The position numbers were made by a program, and so were the translations under genes. The notes beneath the pieces were generated by a model that was not told where the DNA came from, did not search any database, and worked only from the letters and a program-made list of their open reading frames with translations. From Alphaproteobacteria bacterium (GTDB taxonomy: Bacteria; Pseudomonadota; Alphaproteobacteria; UBA2966): 64,000 nucleotides of DNA. The stretch spans positions 2,016,001-2,080,000 of the forward strand of contig OZ219856.1 of assembly GCA_964291395.2 (NCBI GenBank), written 5' to 3'. This document shows, one piece after another, positions 46,998-57,677 of the stretch (its first letter is position 1; the number at the start of each line of letters is the position of its first letter).

Positions 46998-48257
46998 CTA
47001 AGGCGCCTGAGTAAAGATGAGCGTAGCGTTTGTTCCGCCGAATCCGAAGGAGTTCGACAATACCGCATTCACTGGACGTTCCTTGGCCTGGTGAGGAACC
47101 AAATCCAGATCACACCCTTCCGAGGGATCGTCCAGGTTCAGCGTCGGCGGCACCACACCGTCCTTCATCGCCAGGATACCGAAAATGGCTTCGACAGCGC
47201 CAGCGGCTCCCAGAAGATGTCCGACCGATGACTTGGTGGAGGACATCGAAAGCTCGTAAGCATCGGCGCCGAACACCCGCTTGACGGCCGCCAGCTCAAT
47301 CTCATCCCCGAGCGGTGTCGACGTGCCGTGCGCGTTGATATAGTCGATATCGCCGGAATTCATCTCCGCCCGTTCCAGCGCCATTTTCATAGCCCGGAAC
47401 CCGCCGTCTCCGTCTTCGGCCGGCGCGGTAATATGGTGAGCGTCTCCGGACAGGCCATAGCCTTTTACCTCCCCGTAGATCTTCGCCCGCCGGGCCTGCG
47501 CATGCTCCAGTTCCTCCAGGATCACGACGCCCGCGCCTTCTCCCATCACGAATCCGTCCCGTGCCTGGTCCCATGGTCGCGAGGCCCTGGTCGGCTCGTC
47601 GTTGAAAGTGGTCGACAGGGCTTTAGATGCCGCAAACCCGGCAACCCCCAGACGGCAAATCGCAGCCTCGGCACCGCCCGCCACCATCACGTCCGCGTCC
47701 CCCAATTCGATAATCCTCGCTGCATCACCGATGGCGTGAGCCCCTGTCGCGCATGCCGTGACAACCGCGTGGTTCGGCCCCTTGAAACCGAACTTGATCG
47801 AAACGTGACCGGACAGCAGGTTGATCAGGGCCGATGGAATGAAGAACGGGCTGACGCGACGTGGCCCCCGTTCGTGGATGGTGATCGCCGAGTTCTGTAT
47901 GCTTTCCAGTCCACCTATCCCCGATCCCAGCAGCACGCCCGTTCGTTCAAGCGACTCCTCGTCCGTCGGAGTCCAGCCGGAGTCTTCAACCGCCTGCTGC
48001 GCCGCCGCTATGCCATATATGATGAACTGGTCCACCTTACGCTGATCTTTCGGTGGAACGTAGTCGTCGGCGTTAAACAAGCCCGAGCCTTCCCCGCGGG
48101 GAATCTCGCAAGCGATACGGCATGCTAAATCCGACGCATCAAACTTTTGAATGGAGCCTGCCCCCGACTCTCCGGCGATCAGGCGGCTCCAAGTCTCTTC
48201 CACTCCCGATGCGAGAGGTGTGACAAGACCGACCCCGGTGACGACAACTCGTCTCAT
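46998..48257 (-). CDS. fabF: 3-oxoacyl-ACP synthase II
   Basis: TACATG, GFVMGEG, NAHGTST, GHLLGAAG, NSFGFGG. Confidence 0.98.
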   Translation of the reverse strand: MRRVVVTGVGLVTPLASGVEETWSRLIAGESGAGSIQKFDASDLACRIACEIPRGEGSGLFNADDYVPPKDQRKVDQFIIYGIAAAQQAVEDSGWTPTDEESLERTGVLLGSGIGGLESIQNSAITIHERGPRRVSPFFIPSALINLLSGHVSIKFGFKGPNHAVVTACATGAHAIGDAARIIELGDADVMVAGGAEAAICRLGVAGFAASKALSTTFNDEPTRASRPWDQARDGFVMGEGAGVVILEELEHAQARRAKIYGEVKGYGLSGDAHHITAPAEDGDGGFRAMKMALERAEMNSGDIDYINAHGTSTPLGDEIELAAVKRVFGADAYELSMSSTKSSVGHLLGAAGAVEAIFGILAMKDGVVPPTLNLDDPSEGCDLDLVPHQAKERPVNAVLSNSFGFGGTNATLIFTQAP

Positions 48258-48314
48258 CTCAGAAATACAGGTTCAGGCGCGCCGACCCCATGATCGGGGC
48301 GGCGCAAAGGGACG

Positions 48315-48551
48315 TTAAGATACTTGCTCTTCCAGGTAAGTAATCGCGTCCTTCACGGTCAAAATCTTTTCGGCCGCGTCGTCGGGAATCTCGCAACCAA
48401 ATTCCTCCTCGAACGCCATGACCAGTTCAACCGTGTCCAAACTATCAGCCCCGAGGTCATCAATGAAACTGGCGTTTTCGGTGACTTTTTCATCTTCAAC
48501 GCCGAGGTGCTCGATGACGATTTTCTTTACGCGTTCGGTGACATCGCTCAT
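48315..48551 (-). CDS. acpP: Acyl carrier protein
   Basis: [20 protein letters not shown]. Confidence 0.99.
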   Translation of the reverse strand: MSDVTERVKKIVIEHLGVEDEKVTENASFIDDLGADSLDTVELVMAFEEEFGCEIPDDAAEKILTVKDAITYLEEQVS

Positions 48552-48710
48552 GGATCAAATCCCCGGATGCAGACTATTGAGAACCATTTCTCGGACCCGA
48601 ACGGGCGCGAGTTCCCTCTCCGGCAGCGCCGCTCCAACGCCGCCGAAAGTCGGGGCTTGGTAACACACTTTGGAGGCCGTGACCAGCGGGCCAAGTGCGG
48701 CGAAACGCCG

Positions 48711-49457
48711 TCAAACCATCACCATGCCGCCGTCGACGTGCAACGTATGGCCGGTGACGTACGAAGCTTCCTCGCTAGCCAGAAACACGGCCGCGGACGC
48801 AACATCGGACGGCATGCCGAAACGTCCAGCCGGTACGGCGGCGGCGAGCCTGTCACGCTGATCACCTTCCAAGGACTCCGTCATCGCGGTCTCGATAAAC
48901 CCCGGAGCGATGCAGTTGACGGTGATAGACCTCGAGGCCACTTCTCGGGCCAGAGATTTGGTCAACCCCACGAGTCCCGCCTTCGAGGCCGCGTAGTTGG
49001 CTTGACCAGCGTTCCCCGATACACCGACAACGGACGTTACATTGATGATCCGTCCCCAACGGCGGCGCATCATGCCGCGCAGGACGGCACGGGAAACTCG
49101 GAATGCCGCGGTGAGATTGACATCGACAACCTGCTGCCAGTCTTCATCCCTCAAGCGCACCGCAATATTGTCTCGTGTGATGCCGGCGTTGTTGACGACA
49201 ATGTCGACCGAACCCATGAGCTCTTCCGCCTCTCTCACGAGGGCCTCGACGGCGGTCGGGTCGAACAGATCACATGGTATCGCGCAGGCCCGGCCGCCGA
49301 GCTCCCGCACCAATCCATCGAGTGCCTCCCGGCGGGTGCCGGATACAGAAACCGTTGCTCCCCGCTCGTGCAGCGCGCGAGCGATCGCCCCTCCAATCCC
49401 GCCTGAACCGCCGGTCACCAGTGCACACTTTCCATCGAGATCGAACAATTGCCGCAC
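48711..49457 (-). CDS. fabG: 3-oxoacyl-ACP reductase
   Basis: NNAGITRD, GQANYAASK, APGFI.T.MT; in the fab operon. Confidence 0.96.
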   Translation of the reverse strand: MRQLFDLDGKCALVTGGSGGIGGAIARALHERGATVSVSGTRREALDGLVRELGGRACAIPCDLFDPTAVEALVREAEELMGSVDIVVNNAGITRDNIAVRLRDEDWQQVVDVNLTAAFRVSRAVLRGMMRRRWGRIINVTSVVGVSGNAGQANYAASKAGLVGLTKSLAREVASRSITVNCIAPGFIETAMTESLEGDQRDRLAAAVPAGRFGMPSDVASAAVFLASEEASYVTGHTLHVDGGMVMV

Positions 49458-49520
49458 TCCATCGAATGGATGATCCGCAGACGCCCCAAACCGGGCGATG
49501 CCGGGCGACGCCCCGCAGGA

Positions 49521-50489
49521 TCAGAAGGTCTTCAACACGTCCTCGATGTCCCTGGGGGAGCTAACCGACATCCCGGTCAGATCCCGGTCAATTCGTCGGA
49601 CCAGCCCCGTCAACACCTTTCCCGCACCGAGTTCGACCAACGTCTCGACCCCTTGATCCCTCAAGAACTCGACGCTTTCCCGCCAACGCACCATTTTCGT
49701 GATTTGCTCGATGAGCAGCCTCCGAAGGGTCTCGGGATCACTCTCGCCCCGTGCGCTCACATTGCTGACGACGGGAGTGAGCGGGGGGGCGATCGGGACC
49801 TCCGCCAACACCTCCGCCATCTCGTCGGCCGCCCGCTGCATCAGAGGGCAGTGAAATGGCGCGCTGACATCGAGCAAGATCGCCCGCCGCGCACCCCGTT
49901 CCGACGCGAGCGTCACGGCCCGCTCGACGGCCACCTTGTCTCCGCTGATGACGACCTGGCCCGGCGCATTGTCATTTGCCGCCGCGCACACCCCGTCATC
50001 GGCACCCGAAGCCTCATCCATCCCACTCTGGGCCGCCTTGGCGACGGCCACGACGTCGTCGAGATCGAGTCCGAGCAAGGCCGCCATCGCGCCGTCACCT
50101 ACCGGCACCGCCCGTTGCATTGCGGTTCCCCTCGCCCGAAGAACCCGGGCAGCTTGATCGAGTGCGATGGCGCCGGCCGCCGTGAGGGCCGAGTACTCAC
50201 CGAGCGAGTGACCCGCCACGAACCGACAGACATCCGGCAGCGTCACACCTCCTTCGGCCGCGAGGACACGGAACACCGCAATACTCATGGTCATCAAAGC
50301 GGGCTGAGCATTTTCCGTCAGAGTGAGTTCCTCCTCGGGTCCCTGGAACATGAGACGGGAGAGATTCATGCTCAGAGCCTCGTCCACTTCCTCGAACACG
50401 TATCGGGCAATGGAAAAGGCGTCTGCGAGGTCCCGGCCCATTCCTACCTCTTGCGAACCCTGTCCCGGAAAAACGAATGCGCGCGTCAT
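49521..50489 (-). CDS. fabD: Malonyl-CoA:ACP transacylase (start corrected to MTRAF)
   Basis: FPGQGSQ, GHSLGEY, VSAPFH, ELGAGKVL. Confidence 0.97.
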   Translation of the reverse strand: MTRAFVFPGQGSQEVGMGRDLADAFSIARYVFEEVDEALSMNLSRLMFQGPEEELTLTENAQPALMTMSIAVFRVLAAEGGVTLPDVCRFVAGHSLGEYSALTAAGAIALDQAARVLRARGTAMQRAVPVGDGAMAALLGLDLDDVVAVAKAAQSGMDEASGADDGVCAAANDNAPGQVVISGDKVAVERAVTLASERGARRAILLDVSAPFHCPLMQRAADEMAEVLAEVPIAPPLTPVVSNVSARGESDPETLRRLLIEQITKMVRWRESVEFLRDQGVETLVELGAGKVLTGLVRRIDRDLTGMSVSSPRDIEDVLKTF

Positions 50490-50776
50490 TGAAGTCCTAT
50501 CCAGCATTGTACGGAACGGCGTAATGCCGTGGCGCTGGGTTATCATAGATGCCCGTTTCATACGAGCCGGACCGGCACGGACTCCACGGCAAACCGCAGC
50601 GGCACCGGTCGGGATGTCCTCCCGGCGGCACTGTACAGGATTGAAGCGAACGGCAATGTGCACTTGCGCCGGGCGATGCAATCGGTATAGTCCCGCGCTC
50701 TGATATCACTCCTTGCCGGATAGTCCGGCTATGTCCCGCATCTCGCCGGACCGATACAGCCAGAGGGAGTACCGAT

Positions 50777-51217
50777 ATGCCGCTCTACGAGAACGTGTTT
50801 CTCGTTCGCCCCGACGTTTCCGCGAGCCAAGTGGAATCGTTGACGAAGGAATTCGGCACCATCATCGAAGAAGGCGGCGGTTCCGTCCCAAAAGTCGAAC
50901 ACTGGGGACTACGAACCCTCGCCTACCGATTGAAGAAGAACCGCAAGGCGCACTACGTCCTGATGAATCTCGATGCGTCGACCGACGCGGTCCACGAGAT
51001 GGAACGCAACATGCGCATTCACGAGGATGTCTTGCGTCACTTGACGATCAGAGTCGAGGAGCTGGAGGAAGGGCCGTCGATAATCATGCAGTCGAAAGGA
51101 AGCCGCGATGATCAGCGGCGGAGTGAGCGCGGCGGACGAGGTTCAAGGAGCGAGACACCTTCGAGCGTTCAGGAGACCGAGGCCCGCAAAGACGTCAAAT
51201 CGGGAGATGAACAGTGA
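50777..51217 (+). CDS. rpsF: 30S ribosomal protein S6
   Basis: [19 protein letters not shown]. Confidence 0.98.
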   Translation: MPLYENVFLVRPDVSASQVESLTKEFGTIIEEGGGSVPKVEHWGLRTLAYRLKKNRKAHYVLMNLDASTDAVHEMERNMRIHEDVLRHLTIRVEELEEGPSIIMQSKGSRDDQRRSERGGRGSRSETPSSVQETEARKDVKSGDEQ

Positions 51218-51468
51218 ACGCGACCCGACCATCACCCTCTCCGACGCGGCGCGCGTTCTTCCGGCGTCGGAAGTCATGCCCGTTCTCCGCACCGGGGGCA
51301 CCGAAGATCGATTACAAAGACGTGAAACTGCTGCAGCGGTTCGTTTCGGAGCGGGGAAAGATCGTACCGAGCCGGATTACAGCGGTTTCGAACAAGAAAC
51401 AACGCGAGCTCGCCCGGGCCATAAAGCGCGCCAGATTTCTGGCGCTGCTCCCGTACGTGCTCCGCTAG
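51214..51468 (+). CDS. rpsR: 30S ribosomal protein S18
   Basis: [27 protein letters not shown]. Confidence 0.98.
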   Translation: MNATRPSPSPTRRAFFRRRKSCPFSAPGAPKIDYKDVKLLQRFVSERGKIVPSRITAVSNKKQRELARAIKRARFLALLPYVLR

Positions 51469-51499
51469 GTCCGACGGGACGGGCGAGGTCCGTGCCACG

Positions 51500-52441
51500 A
51501 TGTCGAGATCGACATTTTTTGCGGTAGGTGCGGGATTCGTCAGCGCACTCCTCTACCTCTCCATCCTGGCAGGGTCGCCGGGAGCACTCATCCTCGCCTA
51601 TCTGTCGTCGCTTCCCCTGTTCGCGGCGGGATTGAGCCTGGGTGTCGCGCCGCTGTTGGTCGCCGCCGCAACGGGGACGGTCGTAACCGGGATCGGTGAC
51701 GAATTCCTCAGCGCCGCGATGTACGGAGGTTTGACGGCGGGACCCGTCGTCTGGATCGTTCATCTCGCCCTGTTGTCCCGGCGAGGCTCCGGGACGGTCG
51801 AGTGGTATCCGGCCGGGCGGCTGATCACCTGGTTGTCCGCCTTGGCCAGCGGCTACTTCCTGATCGCCGTTGCGGCTTTCTCCGCACTGGCGGGCGGGTT
51901 ACGAGGGCATGTTGAGCGATTTCTGACAACCATCCTGGAAAAACTATCGGGCCGCCCCTGGGTAGAGCTGGAAGGCGTACACGCGCTCATGGAGGTGTGG
52001 GAGCCGTTGTTCCCGGCGCTCGTGGGCGTGTCGTGGATCATCATGCTGTCCCTGAACGGGGTGCTGGCCCAAGGCCTTCTGGTCCGCTTTGGCCGGAACC
52101 TGCGCCCATCCCCGAAGATGACCGTCCTGCAGTTGCCCCGTCCTCTCGCCCTTGCCTTCGGAGCCGCGCTGCTGGCCTCCTTGGCGCCGAGCCTGATCGG
52201 TTACGCGGGCACCACGATCTCGGTCTACATCATGGTCCCGTACCTGCTGCTGGGTTTGGCGGTAGTACATGCGCTGGTCGGCAAGTTGCCCGCCGCCCAG
52301 ATCGTGCTGGTGATTTTCTATGTGGTGCTCGTTCTGTTTGGGCTCTTCGGCCTGGCATTGATTTCCGGTATCGGGCTTATCGAACAATGGTTCAATCTCC
52401 GTCGTCGTTGCGGCGTGGTCTACAAAGGTGAGGAAGAGTAA
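51500..52441 (+). CDS. DUF2232/YybS family membrane protein
   Basis: Polytopic membrane protein with EWYP motif, in the conserved rpsR-X-rplI position. Confidence 0.85.
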   Translation: MSRSTFFAVGAGFVSALLYLSILAGSPGALILAYLSSLPLFAAGLSLGVAPLLVAAATGTVVTGIGDEFLSAAMYGGLTAGPVVWIVHLALLSRRGSGTVEWYPAGRLITWLSALASGYFLIAVAAFSALAGGLRGHVERFLTTILEKLSGRPWVELEGVHALMEVWEPLFPALVGVSWIIMLSLNGVLAQGLLVRFGRNLRPSPKMTVLQLPRPLALAFGAALLASLAPSLIGYAGTTISVYIMVPYLLLGLAVVHALVGKLPAAQIVLVIFYVVLVLFGLFGLALISGIGLIEQWFNLRRRCGVVYKGEEE

Positions 52442-53166
52442 TGGACGTCATTCTCATGGAACGCGTGGAAAATCTCGGCCAGATGGGCGACGTCGTCACC
52501 GTCAAAGACGGCTTTGCACGCAACTACCTGCTGCCCCAGCGCAAGGCACTTCGGGCGACGGAGGAAAACCGCGAGAAATTCAAACAACAGCGGGCCGAGT
52601 TGGAGGCACGCAATCTCGAGCGCCGGACCGAAGCCGAATCGGTGGGAACCCGCATGGACGACCTGTCCGTCGTCCTGATCCGGCAGTCCAGCGATACGGG
52701 ACAACTGTACGGTTCGGCGAACGCCCGTGACATCGCCGACGGCGTAACCGGAGCCGGATTCAACATCGATCGAAAGCAGGTCCTACTGGACCGGAGCATC
52801 AAGACGTTGGGAATTCATCCGGTGCGGGTATCCCTGCATCCCGAAGTCACGATATCGGTCAACGTCAACATCGCTCGCTCGGAGGCGGAAGCCGAACAGC
52901 AGGAAGCCGCGTTCCGCGTGGGGACGCTCGCGGCCGGCACCCCCGCCATCGCCCAAGCAGAAGACGATGTAGAGGCTGCCGATGAGGCCGCCGAGAAAGA
53001 TCAAGCAGTCGTGGCGGAAGAGTTCTTCGAGAACACCTCTCTCGCTCCCACCGAAGAAGCCGAGCAAGACAGCGAGTCCGGGACGGCGGCCGACGTCCGC
53101 AGCGAGTCGGGCGACACAACGCCAGATAAAACCGACGCCGCGATGCCAGACGCCAAGGCATCCTAG
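52441..53166 (+). CDS. rplI: 50S ribosomal protein L9 with long acidic C-terminal tail
   Basis: [21 protein letters not shown]. Confidence 0.98.
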   Translation: MDVILMERVENLGQMGDVVTVKDGFARNYLLPQRKALRATEENREKFKQQRAELEARNLERRTEAESVGTRMDDLSVVLIRQSSDTGQLYGSANARDIADGVTGAGFNIDRKQVLLDRSIKTLGIHPVRVSLHPEVTISVNVNIARSEAEAEQQEAAFRVGTLAAGTPAIAQAEDDVEAADEAAEKDQAVVAEEFFENTSLAPTEEAEQDSESGTAADVRSESGDTTPDKTDAAMPDAKAS

Positions 53167-53258
53167 CCGCCTCGACCAAGTCACCGGAATTCATGAAACC
53201 CATGCCGCACGGCCCACAAACCGCCGTAGCACAGCCCGATAGGCGTCAACTGCCGAAA

Positions 53259-53298
53259 ACGGTTTTGCGGGTCGCGCGTACGGTTTTGCGGGTCGCGC
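53259..53298. repeat. 19-bp direct repeat, two copies, 21-bp period
   Basis: acggttttgcgggtcgcgc at 53259-53277 and 53280-53298. Confidence 0.85.
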
Positions 53299-53379
53299 CC
53301 TCCATTAAAATCACTGCCTAGCGCGGGGGATCTCGCCGACGACGGCCGATGGGCGAAGGGTGAAGGCGCTGCGGTTGTC

Positions 53380-54609
53380 ATGCTGCTTGCAAGAATCCTG
53401 AACGGCACGTTCTGCTGGGGCGACTTGGAAATCATCGACGCCCGCGGCAACCGTCATCGATTCACCGGCGAGCCCGGCCTCAAATCGACAATCCGCCTCC
53501 ACGATTCCCGACTTCACCATCGGCTCGTCATGAATCCGGACCTCGAGTTCGGCGAGGCCTACATGAACGGAACGTTGACCATCGAGGAAGGTGATCTCGC
53601 CGATTTTCTGGGGGTTGCGGTCGCGAACATGTATGCACTGGACAGGCACTGGAGTCAGCGCCTGACCAGATTCCTCGGCAGTATGTTCAAGGTCTTGACC
53701 CAGACCAACACGACGCGTCGGGCGTCGCGCAACGTCGCCCACCACTACGATCTGTCGAGCCTTCTTTACGATCTCTTCCTCGACCGCGACCGCCAGTACT
53801 CCTGCGCGTATTTCCTCGATCCCCGGGATACGCTGGAGCAAGCCCAGGAAAACAAGAAACGTCATATCGCGGGAAAGCTCCTGCTCGAGCCGGGAATGCA
53901 CGTTCTCGATATCGGATCGGGGTGGGGCGGCCTTGGGATTTCCCTCGCTCAGCAGGCCGATGTCGAAGTCACCGGCGTAACCTTGTCCGAAGAACAGCAT
54001 AGAGTGTCGAACGAACGCGCCGAGAAGGCGGGACTCGCCAACCGCGTTCGCTTCCTGATGAAGGACTATCGGGAAGTCTCCGGCAAGTTCGATCGTATCG
54101 TGTCGGTGGGCATGTTCGAGCACGTGGGCATCCCGCACTACGGCAACTACTTTCAGAAATGTCGAGAGCTTCTCGCCCGGGACGGGGTCGCCCTCCTCCA
54201 CACCATCGGTCGGTCGTCGGGTCCAGGGGTGACGGCAGCATGGATGCGCAAGTACATCTTTCCGGGCGGCTATTCCCCGGCACTGTCGGAAGTCGCTCCG
54301 GCGATCGAGAAATCAGGCTTGAAGCTGACCGACATCGAGGTCCTGCGTCTCCACTACGCCGAAACGATCAAGGAGTGGCGTCGCCGCTTCCTGGCGAATT
54401 GGCAGGAAATCTCGTCTCTCTACGACGAGCGGTTCTGCCGCATGTGGAACTTCTATCTGGCGGGGTCAGAGGCGGTGTTCCGATACGGAGACCATATCGT
54501 CTTCCAGATTCAGTTGGCCCGCGAGCACAAGGCGGTGCCCCTGACCAGAGATTATCTTTACGAACGGGAACGAACCGGCAACCGAGATCGACGATCCGCC
54601 GTCGCTTGA
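53380..54609 (+). CDS. cfa: Cyclopropane-fatty-acyl-phospholipid synthase
   Basis: HHYDL, YSCAYF, LDIGSGWG, SVGMFEHVG, YIFPGG, HYAET. Confidence 0.94.
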   Translation: MLLARILNGTFCWGDLEIIDARGNRHRFTGEPGLKSTIRLHDSRLHHRLVMNPDLEFGEAYMNGTLTIEEGDLADFLGVAVANMYALDRHWSQRLTRFLGSMFKVLTQTNTTRRASRNVAHHYDLSSLLYDLFLDRDRQYSCAYFLDPRDTLEQAQENKKRHIAGKLLLEPGMHVLDIGSGWGGLGISLAQQADVEVTGVTLSEEQHRVSNERAEKAGLANRVRFLMKDYREVSGKFDRIVSVGMFEHVGIPHYGNYFQKCRELLARDGVALLHTIGRSSGPGVTAAWMRKYIFPGGYSPALSEVAPAIEKSGLKLTDIEVLRLHYAETIKEWRRRFLANWQEISSLYDERFCRMWNFYLAGSEAVFRYGDHIVFQIQLAREHKAVPLTRDYLYERERTGNRDRRSAVA

Positions 54610-54803
54610 AAATGATAGTCAACAGTCTCCCGATCCCGTGCCATGCCTTGGAAACGAGGCTGCGCCACTGATAGGGAGTGATGCCTCCCAGCAGCCTCCG
54701 CGTTCCACCCCCTGTGGACAGTTCTTTTCCCCGGGTTCCACGTCCCCAAACCGAGGAATGGTCTACCGCCGACCCGGCCGTTACATTACTACTTGGCCAT
54801 CCA

Positions 54804-56357
54804 ATGGTAGATCAGGCCGTCTCGAGTCATCACCTCTCCGCCGTCGGGAACGGACGCGGCGAGGACATCACCTACCGGGAATCTCCCCACAACATCGAAG
54901 CCGAACAGGCACTGCTCGGTGCCGTCCTCGTCAACAACGAGTCGGCCCACCGCGTGCTCGGATTTCTGGAACCTCAACATTTCCACGAGCCGGTTCATGG
55001 GAGGATCTACGAAGCCTGTCAGAAGCTTATCGAGCGCGGGCAGATTGCAACGCCAGTCACGTTGAGAAGCTATTTCGAGAACGATGATGCCCTGGCCGAC
55101 GTCGGCGGTGCGCAATACCTGGCGAGACTCGCCGGCTCCGCGGTCACGATCATCAATTCCGAGGACTATGGCCGCACGATCTACGATCTCGCGATCCGCC
55201 GACAACTGATCGACCTCGGCGAGGACATCGTCAACCGCGCCTACGACTCGGATATCGATGACGCCGCGATGCAGCAGATCGAAGATGCCGAGCAACACCT
55301 GTTTCGCCTGGCCGAAAGCGGGAAGCAAGAAGGCGGCCTGCAGGCGTTTCAGACCTCTCTGCGGGACGCGGTGCTGGCGGCGGAGGCGGCACATCGACGG
55401 GAAACGAGGCTAACCGGCGTCGCCACGTCGCTTACGGATCTCGACGAGCTTCTCGGCGGCCTGCACCGGTCGGACTTGATCATCCTGGCCGCGCGACCGG
55501 CGATGGGCAAGACGGCATTGGCCGCCAATATCGCGGTGCACGCGGCGGCATCCTATCGCGGCGGAAGGGACGAAAACGGGGAATGGCGGACCGAAGACGG
55601 AGCGGTCGTGGGGTTCTTCTCGCTGGAGATGTCCGCCGAACAGCTCGCGACGCGTATCCTTTCCGATCAAACCGAGATTCCCTCGTACAAGATGCGTCGG
55701 GGCCAACTCAGCGACGATGAATTCCATAAACTCGTCGTCGCCAACCAGAAACTCGAGGAAATCCCCCTATTCATCGACGACACGCCCGCCCTCAGCATCG
55801 CGGCGCTCAGAACGCGCGCGCGGCGCCTCAAGCGACAGGAAAATCTGGGGCTCGTCATCGTCGACTACCTGCAGCTCGTTTCACCATCCGGGCGCCAACG
55901 GCACGACAGCCGCGTGCAGGAAATTTCCGAGATCACGCGGGGATTGAAGGCGTTGGCGAAGGACCTCGACGTTCCCATTCTCGCCCTCTCTCAGCTTTCG
56001 CGCGCCGTCGAACAGCGGGACGACAACCGTCCGCAGCTCGCCGATCTCAGGGAGTCCGGAACGATCGAACAGGACGCGGACGTCGTCATGTTCATCTACC
56101 GGGAAGAGTATTACTGGAGCCGCACGCATCCGAAGCCGAAACGCCGTCGCGACGAGATCGAAGAAGACTTCAACACGCGTATGGAACAGTGGAACCACGA
56201 CTACATGACCGAAGGCCACGCCGGAGAGGCCGAGATCATCGTGGGCAAGCACCGCCACGGTCCCACGGATACGGTGACGGTGTACTTCAGCAATCAGTTC
56301 ACGCGTTTCGGCAATCTGGAGGCGCCCGACCACCTCCTGTCGGACGTTCCGTTCTAG
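54804..56357 (+). CDS. dnaB: Replicative DNA helicase (start approximate)
   Basis: PHNIEAEQALLG, ARPAMGKT, FSLEM, DYLQL, LSQLSR, DLRESGTIEQDAD. Confidence 0.97.
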   Translation: MVDQAVSSHHLSAVGNGRGEDITYRESPHNIEAEQALLGAVLVNNESAHRVLGFLEPQHFHEPVHGRIYEACQKLIERGQIATPVTLRSYFENDDALADVGGAQYLARLAGSAVTIINSEDYGRTIYDLAIRRQLIDLGEDIVNRAYDSDIDDAAMQQIEDAEQHLFRLAESGKQEGGLQAFQTSLRDAVLAAEAAHRRETRLTGVATSLTDLDELLGGLHRSDLIILAARPAMGKTALAANIAVHAAASYRGGRDENGEWRTEDGAVVGFFSLEMSAEQLATRILSDQTEIPSYKMRRGQLSDDEFHKLVVANQKLEEIPLFIDDTPALSIAALRTRARRLKRQENLGLVIVDYLQLVSPSGRQRHDSRVQEISEITRGLKALAKDLDVPILALSQLSRAVEQRDDNRPQLADLRESGTIEQDADVVMFIYREEYYWSRTHPKPKRRRDEIEEDFNTRMEQWNHDYMTEGHAGEAEIIVGKHRHGPTDTVTVYFSNQFTRFGNLEAPDHLLSDVPF

Positions 56358-56418
56358 ACCGTACATTGCTTCGGATGACGATCGCGTACCGCTTGCCCGC
56401 GGGAGTTGGAAACTAGGC

Positions 56419-57534
56419 ATGTCCAGCGCGGCGCACGCCGGTGCGGTGCTGACCATCAATCTCGCCGCCATCAAATCGAACTATCGGCTGCTGAGGAGGA
56501 AATCGGCGACGGCTCGGTGCGCTGCCCTGGTCAAGGCAAACGCCTATGGCACCGGGGTCGAGCAGGTCGCCCCTGCCCTGCAAGATGCAGGATGCCGCAT
56601 CTTTTTCGTCGCGACCATCGACGAGGCGGTCGCCCTTCGAGGGATTACGGGAGCGGGACCTCAAATATTCGTTCTCAACGGGTTGCCGGCCGAAGCGAGC
56701 GGCGCGTTTGAGGCGCACGACCTGACACCCGTTCTCAACGACTTGGGACAAATCGAACGCTGGGCCAAAGGGGCGCGCATCCGGGGCCGTGCGCTGCCGG
56801 TGGCCCTTCACTTCGATACCGGCATGTCGCGCCTTGGATTGCCCGAGGACGAGACTCAGCGCCTCATGGACGACCCCGCCATGATCGACGGGCTGAACGT
56901 CGAGTATGTCATGAGTCACCTCGTCTCGTCCGAGGAACCCGACAATCCACTCAATGGATGCCAACTGGAGGCATTCTCAACGATCCGAGGGGGATTCCCC
57001 CATGTCGCAGCCAGCCTCGCGAACTCGTCGGGGATATTTCTGGGACCGAAATACCATTTCGACTTGGTGCGTCCCGGAGTAGCGCTTTACGGCGCCAACC
57101 CCCAACCCGGCCATCTCAACCCCATGCGCGAAGTCGTTCGCCTCCGGGTGAAAATCGTTCAAGTGCGCCGCATCGACGCCCCTCAAACCGTTGGATATGG
57201 CGCCACGCATCGTGTTTCGGGTCCCACCACGATCGCCACGCTTCCATTGGGATACGCAGACGGTTATCTGCGGTCCCTGAGCGACCGAGGGTTTTGCTGC
57301 CTCGGAGGGGTTCGAGTGCCGGTCGTGGGACGCGTCTCGATGGACCTCACCACCGTCGACGTTAGTTCGGTGCCTCCCCAGCTTGTGTTCCCCGGCGCCG
57401 AGGTCGACGTCATCGGCGGGTCCGTCCCGATCGACGATCTGGCAGAGAGAGGGGACACCATCGCCTATGAATTGCTGACCGCCCTGGGTGCCAGGTACCA
57501 CCGGGAATACGTTTTAGGAATTGCCGACGAATGA
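56419..57534 (+). CDS. alr: Alanine racemase
   Basis: VKANAYG, DTGMSRLG, ANS, VRPG, GYADG, GRVSMD. Confidence 0.97.
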   Translation: MSSAAHAGAVLTINLAAIKSNYRLLRRKSATARCAALVKANAYGTGVEQVAPALQDAGCRIFFVATIDEAVALRGITGAGPQIFVLNGLPAEASGAFEAHDLTPVLNDLGQIERWAKGARIRGRALPVALHFDTGMSRLGLPEDETQRLMDDPAMIDGLNVEYVMSHLVSSEEPDNPLNGCQLEAFSTIRGGFPHVAASLANSSGIFLGPKYHFDLVRPGVALYGANPQPGHLNPMREVVRLRVKIVQVRRIDAPQTVGYGATHRVSGPTTIATLPLGYADGYLRSLSDRGFCCLGGVRVPVVGRVSMDLTTVDVSSVPPQLVFPGAEVDVIGGSVPIDDLAERGDTIAYELLTALGARYHREYVLGIADE

Positions 57535-57625
57535 TCAGCGCGGCCATCCATTCCTTGGCGACCGTCGGCCGCCTATCCTTGAGAGCGCCGAGGGTCCCAT
57601 AAAGATGCAGATGAGACACCCGTGA
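57531..57625 (+). pseudogene. Probable mlaE(5')-mlaF(3') deletion scar
   Basis: An ATG overlapping the alr stop gives MISAAIHSLATVGRLSL; from about 57584 another frame gives SAEGPIKMQMRHP*. These resemble alphaproteobacterial MlaE N- and MlaF C-termini, which commonly sit between alr and radA. Confidence 0.5.
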
Positions 57626-57677
57626 ACGTTCGGATGACCGGAGGATGTCCCGCATACCTTGGGAGAGGTAAGATCTA

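Noticed and set aside
52890-53166. Acidic tails on L9, S6 and the S9 N-terminus
   Set aside because: Low-complexity extensions are common in alphaproteobacterial ribosomal proteins.
54700-54745. DnaA box upstream of dnaB (tgtggacag)
   Set aside because: Two mismatches to consensus and a single copy; insufficient support.
54804-56357. Intein or unusual insertion in DnaB
   Set aside because: Length is normal and there are no splicing motifs; the charged segment after YREEYY is typical of alphaproteobacterial DnaB.
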